From: Nemertoderma westbladi
Taxonomy: Eukaryota; Animalia; Xenacoelomorpha
Reading direction: 5' to 3'
Assembly: GCA_032718475.1 (NCBI GenBank)
Contig: JAUCBJ010000407.1
Span: 44,884-108,883, forward strand
Length of the DNA stretch: 64,000 bases
Shown here piece after piece: positions 38,701 to 48,202 of this stretch. The notes under the pieces are model-generated. The model searched no databases. It was not told the origin of the DNA and worked only from the letters and a program-made list of their open reading frames with translations. The stretch's first letter is position 1; every line of letters begins with the position of its first letter. The translations under genes were made by a program, and so were the position numbers.

Positions 38701-41044
38701 GACTTCTAGATCAAAGACAATGCCGGTCAAATACATGACTGTCCCTCGTGCAGAGTTACAGGCGGCTGTAGTTTCGGTCGAGGTAAGTAAGCAAATAACT
38801 GAGGAGTTAGACACGACATTGACCTTATTCTATTGGACGGACGCATCCTTGGTGATAGTATACATTGCGGCCGACAATATTGCACTAAAGACATTTGTGG
38901 CCAATAGACGCGCTCAGATCGTCGACTTTTCGACGAAGGAACAATGGAGACATTGTCCGGGAGTGTTGAACCCGGCCGACATAACTTCGAGAGGTGCAAT
39001 GCCGGCGGAATTTTGTCGGGAAGAGTCACAGGAGTTTTGGTTGCATGGACCTGATTTTCTAACGAGGACACAGGAACATTGGCCGGAGCGACTGAAGATA
39101 GTGACCAATCCGATGCCTTAAGATGCAGAAGTCAAAGTGGAGAAAGTCTCTAAGTCGAAGTCTAAAGCCAAACTTAAGTCATTGGAGCGGCCTGAAGAGT
39201 CATTGGAGCGGCCTGAAGAGTCATTGGAGCGGCCCGGAGACCTGTCAGACCAACAGACTTACGTGACTACTAGGTCCGGAAGGGTAAGTTATGACATCAA
39301 ACCACCCTTACAGACTAGACGACAGTCACAGTTGGTAAGTGACGGACAGAAAATGACCGACACAATGGAGTCTTTGGTTTCCAAACCTGTGGGTTTGGAT
39401 TCGAAACTTCCATTAACTAGCGGACAACCGTCGCTGGCATTAGAGTCATGCAGTATTTATGACAAATTACTAAATTCGTCTGCCTCTTGGCTGACAATTT
39501 GTAAAAGAACTGCGTGGTTAAGCCGATACATTTTGTACCTTTGTTTAAAACATTCTAAACATTTGAGAGAACCATTGAGCACCAATAGTGAGCGAATTCG
39601 GAAATTGAAACAACCTCTGACAAAGGATGAGATTGATCAAGCGGAATTAAAGCATTTGAAACATTATCAAATGTGTGCCTTCCCTAAAGAATTCCATCTA
39701 TTATCGGCTCAACGACCAGTTCTCTATAAACCCCTTAGAAAATGGAGTCCATTAATCCATAAGGGTTTAATTTGTCATAGATCGAGAATCCAGACTGTCG
39801 ACATAAACTCACAGTTTCGGTTCCCAGTGATAATCCCTAGTCACCCAATAGAATTGCAAAGAGCGATTCTATGGGATATACATAAGAGGTTGCATTACGC
39901 GGGAAAGTTACACTGTTTGTCGGCAGCGAGACAGCGATTCATTCTATTGCAGCCAAGCAGGGCAGTCGGCACCATGTATGACGCCTGTCTGGTTTGCAAG
40001 AGGGTGAACGCCAGAGTATTGGAACAGGAGATGGCTGAACTCCCGGAAGCGAGAGTGCAGGCATATGACCCACCCTTTACGAACACAGGGGTGGATTGTT
40101 TTGGTCCGATTGAGGCAAAGAGTGGACGGCTGACCCACAAGCGATGGGGTCTGCTACTGACATGTATGGCGAGTAGAGCCATACATATCGAGCGTGTGGC
40201 AGACATGTCGACCAAATCTCTGCTCCTGGCCTTGAAGAGATTTATGGCCAGGAGAGGACTAGTAAAGGCGTTCTACTCCGATAAGGGTACAAACTTTGTC
40301 GGAGGGAACAGCGAGTTGAACGCGGCTCATAAAGCAGCACAGAATAAGGAAATTTCTGCAGCACTTTTGCCGCAACGAGTAGAGTGGAGATTCAATACTC
40401 CAGAAAGTCCTTGGAGATGAGGAAGTTGGGAGCGTTTAGTTCGCTCTGTAAAGCAGGCCATTGCTAAGACGTTGCCTGTGAACAAACAACTTACCGACGA
40501 CGAACTGGTCACAGCTTTCATTGAAATCGAGCATACCCTAAACTCGAGGCCGATAGCTATGTTACCAGACGGTGTTGCATTAACGCCGAATCATTTGCTA
40601 ATGCAGAGTCCAGCATTTCTTGTGCCGGCATCAGAACCCATTAGTGCCGACCTATATAGTCGTAAAAGCTGGAAAGTAACACAGTTAGTGGCGTACACAT
40701 TCTGGGAATATTGGCGGGAATACTATCTTCCCACCATATCTACCAGAACAAAGTGGTACAAAACGGTTCGGAGTCTCCAAGGGGGAGATTACGTATTGAT
40801 AACCGAACCGATTGTCAAGAGAAAGTATTGGGAGACAGGAGTGATCTTGCACACACACCCAGACGTGCAAAACATAGTGCGCACAGTCACTGTGAAAATT
40901 AGGTGCAAGTGTCCGCACCCAAAAAAGTGTAAAACTAATGGTTTACACACCTTGGACCGACCGGTCCAAGATATTGTGTTATTAGAGGAGACACGTATCG
41001 AGACGGGAGATTATAATTTGTCTCCTGCCTCAAAACAGAGTTAG
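32717..41044 (+). pseudogene. Bel/Pao gag-pol polyprotein (one frame, ~2775 codons) with two in-frame stops and YMDV at the RT active site
   Basis: Knuckles CQYC..H..C/CWACLAPGHVRRQC/CMECGRLHHKLLH; protease LDTAS; RT FYMDV; RNase H FSDAS, WTDAS, NPADITSRG; integrase H..H/CLVC, GVDCFGP, YSDKGTNFVG, PWR*GSWERLV; TAA 39119 and TGA 40418 are in frame with the following ORFs. Confidence 0.93.
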
Positions 41045-41802
41045 TGTTGGACGCAACTCACTTCGTATGCATTCCTCGTATGCAAATACAAGGAAATGCA
41101 TAGGAGCGGGGTTGTGGTGATTTGCGTTGAGTTTTGTCTGGTGGGTATCAAAACAAAATTTTATTTTCAAAATTTTGGAAAATTTAAAATTTTTAGAAAA
41201 TTAGAAGTGAACCCAAGACAATTCCAGACGCTGTGTATAGACGCGTTTTAGAATTCGTCTACAGATAAACAGTAATTTGAAAAGTCGTGAAGCCTGGAAA
41301 ATAGCATTTAGAAACCATGGTGATGGCTATATTACGTAGGAGTGTAAATTGAGTTTAGCAACTTCCACAGATTGGTGCCAACAGTGCAACTAAGGTGCTA
41401 AAGGTTAGTAGCACCAGAGGCGTACATGGACCCCACTCAGTAGTTTGCAGGATGTGTGATGTTCGATTATCAAACCTGTGGGTTTGGTATAGTCGAGTAT
41501 TGTGGCTATGGTCCTTTCTAACTACTGTAGTTTAGTACGAGTAATGGGAGTAGTTTGGGCATCAAAAAGTGAGTTGGTCACGGCCAGTTTATCTCCAAAG
41601 TTTTTGCGCTATGCATGGGAATAGGTTAGAGAATAGTTAGTTAGGAAGAGACGGGATCTAGAGAGTCGAACCTGAACTGCTGGAAGGCGTGGGGGGGTTC
41701 GGGAGGTCTGTCCTTCGGCGACATCTAACTGATTTACCCACAGTGTAATTGGTTACGTAACGGCACTTATTGGGATATATATATGTATATACGCGAGGCA
41801 TA

Positions 41803-44800
41803 ATGGAGAGGGATATTAGAGCGCAACCGCGCAGAGGATTTACTGCCAGAGAGGAGGCGGAGCTACCATTCGCGCGACCAGGATGTAAAGACTCTAACGT
41901 TTACTACCATGGGCGGTCCGTGATGGAGCTGAACGGGAAATACAAGCCAAGTTATGATAAGGAATTACGGAGGGAAAGAATGAGAGCGTTGGGGGACCGG
42001 ATGGAAGTTTTGCGGAGAGAGTATCGCACGCGGTATCCCTACGACTTCGCTTTGGACGTGTGCGACATTAGCGCAGATCCGGACGAGGAAATCGCACGAC
42101 TATACCATATGAATATGTATTTACGACATGAGGAGCCTCTACCTGCAGTCCGAGACCAGTTCGACGGAATGCATCTATACCGGAGGACTCGAGGCGAGGA
42201 TCAGGAGACGCCGAAAGTCTTCAGCGTGTACAAGCTGTTCTACAAGTGTGGTGAATGCATGAATAAACAGGACGTAGCGATTCCCGACCGATTAGACGAG
42301 CAACATCCGGAACCGATATTAACGCGATGTCCAGCTCACCAATTCCTTAGATACAACGAGGGAGGTTACCCGATGAGCAACCCGATGATCAGTATCGACT
42401 TCAGCGGAAAGCGACCTCCGAGACCCATTACGCCGACCGTTACGACATTAGATCCGTATACGGAGATTAAACCCTGTTCGACACCCAGTTTGATAGAGAC
42501 GGCAGCGGCCATTTCGCTGTACCGAGCCTACAAAGATCTAGAGGCGCGGCGCGAAGCGGCGCGGGACTCGGGTACCAAACCCGCGGGTTTGGAGCTCTCG
42601 AGTCCCTGGACTACGTTTACTTCACCTCACCGAGTGAGAAGCTTCACGCCTGAGCATCAGGACGACATAGATGCGTTGCGGCAGGAGGAGCGAGCGGCGA
42701 AGGCGAAAGAGTTATTTGAGAACAGGATAGCGGAGTATAATAAGACCGCGGATAGACATCAAGAGGAGACGAGGAGAGTGACCGGATTTGTTCCACAGGT
42801 CGTATCTCAACCCCGACCGGTGTATTATTCCGACGGCACCGAACCTGCGATATTAGTAGATCATCCGGAGTCGCGAGAAACGATACGATTCTTGCCGATG
42901 GTAAGAATGGCGGACCATTGGAACGTTGACTGTCTACGGGAAGTTTTATGCGCGAAGTTCTTACGTGATGTCCCAATGCAGATCACAGATTACGACACGT
43001 TGGATAAGATTGGAGCTCCGGGGAAGGAGAGTAAGCTATTCGGATGGTTGGATAAGTACATCAAGGTATGGGTCGCGGTGGCTACATTCCCAGATGACGA
43101 GGAGGTAGACCAGACGTGGCTGAGGAGGAAGGGTTCTTATACCCGATATGATGACCACAAGGCTATCGAGCGCATGTGGACCCCATCAGACGAGATTCAG
43201 CGTCAGTGGAGGAAAACGGAGGAATCACTGCAAGATTGGAGGGTGATGTTCTACGACAATGAAGGAGGGTCCCATCAGGAATGTTTGACCAGCAAGTGTA
43301 TTCAAATTCGTGCGGCCGATGGTGTGACTCATGTGTTTATGCGTGTGAGGGCGGATCGAGAGAGACCGGAGCCCATCATAACGACACAATATCGGAAAGG
43401 GAAGGATCCTAGGGAACAGATTTTGGAGGTATGCAGGCGAGGAGGTATGCACGGAGCGGAGCGTATCGACGCCAGGATGTTACCCAAGAAAGTTAGAGAG
43501 GCTATTCTCAACCAAGATTACGTCAAGGTGGGATCGGGAGTCCAGAGCGATTTGGAGAGCGACTTCAACGCCATGACTGATCTGGAAGATAGATTGCCGA
43601 GACCGTTTGTCGACACCAAGCTATTGTTGCTATGGGCACAGGATATTGGAATTTATAGGGAGTATCCCAACTCTGCCAAGACTGGTATGGGCTTTATAGC
43701 ACACTTGTTGTATAATTGGGACTTTAAGTTAAAGACGCAGAAGAAGTACGAGGAGGCGTATGGCGAATACAACACGCCACCGGGAGCGGAGTTCAAATCC
43801 CACTTCAAGCGGCAAGCGTTAGTGTATTGGAACATTTGCGCGCCACCCCGTGCGTCGCTACAATATTATTTGGTGCTTGAGTCGAACACGGTGACTTGTT
43901 TATTAGCGGATATCGTTGCGCGAGTTTTGAAGCGTCATCCATTGGTATTCGGAGGAGATCAATACGTTCGCTCGAAAGGGGGAATCCAATCCGACGTGAT
44001 GAAGCGTTTCTTAACCCCGTTCTTCAACCAATCGTTAGAGAATACGTCGATGGTTAGGAGAGGATTAGCGATATTCGAAGGAGTATATCGACAGAACATC
44101 GGAGATTTGGGAGACCGACCGTCGATGGAATATCCGACGCCAGAAGCTTTGGAGAGGTGGTTCGGGAATCAAACCCGCGGGTTTGGTACTCCCTTCCACT
44201 CGGAGGCTGATAGACCTGTTAAGGAGGGCTGGCCGGAGACGTTAGTAGAGGTGTTCGGAGTAGATCTTCCGGTGGAGAAGACATATCCGAAACGAACGCG
44301 GGAGGAAATATTGGAGATAGAGGACAAGGGCGAGGATGTTTACTTTGTTCCGGATCGACAACCGTTGACTGGAGAGGACGACATCGTATTAGACATTGGG
44401 AAGGAAGGAAGTGCGAAACCGATTGGAGACCTCATATACGAGAGGGCCTGGTTTCCACAAGCGCGTAGGTGCAAATTGTGTGGCAGCACAAGGCACAATC
44501 TAAAGTCGTGCGACGCGGTAGTAGAGGCGGCGCATAAGGTCTGTCGTTGGTGTAATGAGACCGACCATTCGTTTCACACGTGCACCGTCTTCATTTCTCA
44601 ATGTGGATATTGTGGGGTAAAGGGACATCGTAGCGCGAGATGTCAGCTGCGAGATGATTCCTTTCAAAACCATAGCGCTAACCTACTTCGGGAGATGTTA
44701 GATAAGTGGGAGAGTGTGGCGGATTACCATATTCAAGCGCAGATGCGTTGGTTACCATTTAAAGCGGGATATGGGTTTTGGGCGGTAGACCCATCGCATG

Positions 44801-45510
44801 TTGCGTACGAGCCATATCTACAATCGCTACCACAATATCAGGAGCTCATCCTAACTGCTCAAGACCTTCCACAGAACACTGGAGTTATCGTAGTTCGAGA
44901 GTACTTCAGACAATTGAACATGGACAATAAGTACACATGGAACTTCGTTGCTATTTGCGATCGCATCACGAAGGGTGTATTTACGGAGACTAGAAAAGTG
45001 GTACGCGCGCGAGGTGATTGGAGGATGGCGGCTATTCAATACCGCAACGAATTCTTGTTGACTCATGTGCCAGTGGGTTCATTGACCGCCGAGAGGATAC
45101 AGGAACAAAGGATCGCAGCGACCACAGCGACGACCGCTGGAGCTCAAAGCTCGCGGAAGGAACCAGGAGGAGGGGTCCAAGACAAGCGTCAAGTCAAGGA
45201 CGATCACTACCACTCTATTATAGAAGCACAACGGTTGCAGCGCAAGGCGCAGGGAGCGTCGGAGAAGGCGCGAGCGCAACTGCATAAGGAAGAGTTGGCG
45301 GAAGCGACCACGGGAGCGCGACAATTGGGACGAGGCCGAGGGAGAAGTACTAGCCGAGAATCTGTCGGGGCTCAGGGAACGTCGTCGCCGGTTCCGGGGA
45401 GTGACGCCTCACGGACGCCGTCAACGGAGTCGACTGGAGGTAGATTAGTGTATCTGGGAAGGGGGCGGAAGAGAGGAGCGAGCCCAAAGAACCCAGGAGC
45501 GGGTCGATAA
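41803..45510 (+). CDS. Retrotransposon extra ORF (1235 aa): DEDDy 3'-5' exonuclease (WRN/EXD2/Mut-7-like) + three CCHC zinc knuckles + RG-rich tail
   Basis: ExoI VMFYDNEG, IQIRA strand, LPKKVREAILNQDYVKVGSGVQSD (ExoII), FVDT, GMGFIAHLL, W..PP..LQYYLVLE (ExoIII-like); knuckles CKLCGSTRHNLKSC, CRWCNETDHSFHTC, CGYCGVKGHRSARC; first in-frame ATG at 41803. Confidence 0.8.
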   Translation: MERDIRAQPRRGFTAREEAELPFARPGCKDSNVYYHGRSVMELNGKYKPSYDKELRRERMRALGDRMEVLRREYRTRYPYDFALDVCDISADPDEEIARLYHMNMYLRHEEPLPAVRDQFDGMHLYRRTRGEDQETPKVFSVYKLFYKCGECMNKQDVAIPDRLDEQHPEPILTRCPAHQFLRYNEGGYPMSNPMISIDFSGKRPPRPITPTVTTLDPYTEIKPCSTPSLIETAAAISLYRAYKDLEARREAARDSGTKPAGLELSSPWTTFTSPHRVRSFTPEHQDDIDALRQEERAAKAKELFENRIAEYNKTADRHQEETRRVTGFVPQVVSQPRPVYYSDGTEPAILVDHPESRETIRFLPMVRMADHWNVDCLREVLCAKFLRDVPMQITDYDTLDKIGAPGKESKLFGWLDKYIKVWVAVATFPDDEEVDQTWLRRKGSYTRYDDHKAIERMWTPSDEIQRQWRKTEESLQDWRVMFYDNEGGSHQECLTSKCIQIRAADGVTHVFMRVRADRERPEPIITTQYRKGKDPREQILEVCRRGGMHGAERIDARMLPKKVREAILNQDYVKVGSGVQSDLESDFNAMTDLEDRLPRPFVDTKLLLLWAQDIGIYREYPNSAKTGMGFIAHLLYNWDFKLKTQKKYEEAYGEYNTPPGAEFKSHFKRQALVYWNICAPPRASLQYYLVLESNTVTCLLADIVARVLKRHPLVFGGDQYVRSKGGIQSDVMKRFLTPFFNQSLENTSMVRRGLAIFEGVYRQNIGDLGDRPSMEYPTPEALERWFGNQTRGFGTPFHSEADRPVKEGWPETLVEVFGVDLPVEKTYPKRTREEILEIEDKGEDVYFVPDRQPLTGEDDIVLDIGKEGSAKPIGDLIYERAWFPQARRCKLCGSTRHNLKSCDAVVEAAHKVCRWCNETDHSFHTCTVFISQCGYCGVKGHRSARCQLRDDSFQNHSANLLREMLDKWESVADYHIQAQMRWLPFKAGYGFWAVDPSHVAYEPYLQSLPQYQELILTAQDLPQNTGVIVVREYFRQLNMDNKYTWNFVAICDRITKGVFTETRKVVRARGDWRMAAIQYRNEFLLTHVPVGSLTAERIQEQRIAATTATTAGAQSSRKEPGGGVQDKRQVKDDHYHSIIEAQRLQRKAQGASEKARAQLHKEELAEATTGARQLGRGRGRSTSRESVGAQGTSSPVPGSDASRTPSTESTGGRLVYLGRGRKRGASPKNPGAGR

Positions 45511-45971
45511 TACATTATAGCACAGGGCGACAGACTCTAGATATATACATCATCGTCGCTCTGATGTATATTGTAGCATTTGGAAATCTTCGACTAGACT
45601 CATATACACTAGTTGAGTTATTTTGGAATTTATATTATGAGAGAGGCGAAGGAAGTGATTGGGGAGACAAACCTGCGGGTTTGGCTTACTCCTTTCACTT
45701 GCCCTAGCCAATTTATATATTTGATTTTGTATGTAGTAATCATTATGTAGTAAGAACGAACGAGAAACAATATTTGTAAATTTAATTTGTATGTAATAAT
45801 CGTAAACAATGAGAGAGATAATATTTTGTAAATTTAATTTGTATGTAATTCATTATGCAATATCTATAGCAATATTTGTAAATAGTAGGACTTATAGTAT
45901 CAAGTATTTAGATTGGTTGGAAGAAATTTATTTTGTTTTGTATACATCACCTTATACTCTTCTACAATTGG

Positions 45972-46003
45972 AGGGAAACATTGTATGATTTCCCTTGGAG
46001 CGG
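45972..46003 (+). promoter_or_regulatory. Hairpin plus very short polypurine tract at the 3' LTR boundary
   Basis: AGGGAAA-CATTGTATGA-TTTCCCT inverted repeat, then GGAGCGG directly before TGTTACGG. Confidence 0.5.
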
Positions 46004-48202
46004 TGTTACGGTATATGGCGCTGTATCCATATTATTAGTCATCATGCAGTATGTATTATTAGTCGTTATGCAGTATGCAATATTAGTCCGTTATACTGTA
46101 CGTAATATTAGTCCATTGTGCAGCGTGATATTTTAGATAAGGCATAATAACGCAATGATATTTAGATAGGGAAATCGAAACACCCATATATTTGAATCCA
46201 TCCATTTTGTATAGTATGTAGCCCTACCTACGTAATTTTGTATTAGGATATATGTAGATAGTTCCAGGGTAGCAAGTTTATTCGGACCCTGGATTTCGTG
46301 CTTGCTGATATTAGTTTGATAGGGCTAGCATATAGGGACGCTGTCCTGGCCATTCAGCAGCCAGAGACGTGATCCATTACCATATATGGTAATAATTTGA
46401 GGGCATAGGGCTACAATCCGGCCTCCTTATTGGACTAACTGCTTCCAGGTTGGTCTAATGCTAGCACGGACTGGAGAGCCAATAGGAGAGCGATTGAGTC
46501 ACCCTATTGCATCACCCCATCCGGATCACCTATATATTGGCGGTGTGCCGGTAGAGCCTTACTGTGTACTGTTCTATACCTCACTGCTGTTGTACTTGCT
46601 GAGCTGTCTCTATTCATTTTTTGACGGATATTTTAGTGTATTTTCTGCAATTTGCTAATTTTGATTAGTTTCTTGAAATGATTTGCTAGTGCGATTACTC
46701 TTGCTTGTGTTTCTCAATTAATTCCTTCGATTACTGCTAATTACAACTGAACTATGATTTCTACCTTTTGATTAATGGTTCTATGTGATTCTTTTCTGCG
46801 CAATAATCCTAAGGGATTTCTGAGACTGTCAGACTTTGTGATTTGCATGCGCCGCTACGGTAGCTATTAGCGTAATGGAGGGCTAAGGCGCCAGTGGGCG
46901 GTGGGCACATCGGGGGGTTAGCGACGAAGGGAGAGCGGAGGATTCAAAGGCGAGCAACGCTGGCGAGGGGTCACCGTTGCGGTCGGGAAGTTAACGCTGT
47001 GGTATGCAGACCAATCGCTGGTACAGTAATTAGGGGGCTGATGATCCAGGTTTCGTCTCTATTTAGTATTAGGGGGGCAGGAATCAGGTTAGTTAGGAGT
47101 CCTATATGTATCCGGGAGAGGCCTGCACGTATCACAACGTTGAGTGTGGAGTACGAATAGTGAGCCGCATAATTGTGGGTTATACAGTAGTTAACTGCAT
47201 AATTGCGAACTGTGATTGCTGACGCTGATTGGTGTGTTACTGAAGTGTGCCTATGATTATGAATGTTTAGGTAGGCGCTCTTTTCTCTTTGATTGATTTC
47301 TATTTCTTAGTTACAACAATTAGTTACTGATTAGGTCAAAGTAATACGGCAATTTAGGCTATTACTAGCGAAACCTGTTGCGTGATAAATTAGAATTACG
47401 TATTCTGGAACTCTTAGTAATTAGTACGCTGTTAAATATTTGTGACTGTAATTGATTAGTAAAAATTAAGAATTAGTACGCAGCATAGCGGAGAGTAGCT
47501 AAGGTAATAATTAGAGTACTGTAAACTATTCACGCTGAGCGGTTATTTGCATTAGCGGGCAATCAGCTAGATCGCACTATTCGGCACACACGAAACGCTA
47601 GTAATTTGCTGGCCTAAAGCCAGCTGCAGGCAATTTTAGACCCAGAGCGGTACTATCCACGAGAGACAAATACTGTACCATTTTGATATTTAAATATTCT
47701 CGCATTCACACATTACGTTAGAGAACCCCCAATATTCGCGATTAGAAAAGACGTAGGTAATAGCGTGCTTTAATAAGTGATAGAATCAGGCGTAAGAATA
47801 CTCTGAGTGCAAGGCCTCTCGCACTCGTCTTAAGTAAGCTTAGGGAGCCGACTCGGGTTTATTGTTTTGGTTATTCCCGCGTGGCTCATAGATTCGAACA
47901 GTTAGCTCTCTGTCGAGCAATCGGTAGAGAAAGGAACAAGCGATTTTGCAGGAGTTGTGTAAAATTAGTAAATATATTAGCGGACGGCAGATTAGCGCCA
48001 TCTAACGGTAAGTAGCGGTTTTGTATTTAGCAACCCTTACAATTTAGTAATATCACGCTCCTGATCCCCTTTACTTAACAGTAGAGCAGTTTTTGTGTCT
48101 TATTGGTTAGACGAGAACTTATTAGGTTGGCAGAAGGATATTAACGGGTATTGATCTGTTCAACAGTTCTGCTGTTAGTATAGAGGTCGCGGTTGTTTAT
48201 CA
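46004..48202 (+). repeat. 3' LTR (2199 bp)
   Basis: TGTTACGG...GTTTATCA followed by TSD CACTG. Confidence 0.97.

Larger units (their letters stand above)
29337..48202 (+). mobile_element. Full-length Bel/Pao LTR retrotransposon, 18,866 bp, with an extra ORF
   Basis: TG...CA LTRs, 5-bp TSD CACTG (29332/48203), gag-PR-RT-RH-IN order in one frame, Bel/Pao triple zinc knuckle and NPAD..SRG motif. Confidence 0.97.

Noticed and set aside
39119-40420. Programmed readthrough at the two pol stops
   Set aside because: TGA 40418 replaces a conserved Gly in the integrase PWxGGxWER motif and the RT also has YMDV, so inactivating mutation is simpler; readthrough at 39119 cannot be fully excluded
41770-45510. 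ORF3 as an envelope glycoprotein, and the TTG start at 41770
   Set aside because: No visible signal peptide, TM anchor or Cys-rich ectodomain; nuclease and knuckle motifs instead; ATG 41803 is the plausible eukaryotic start
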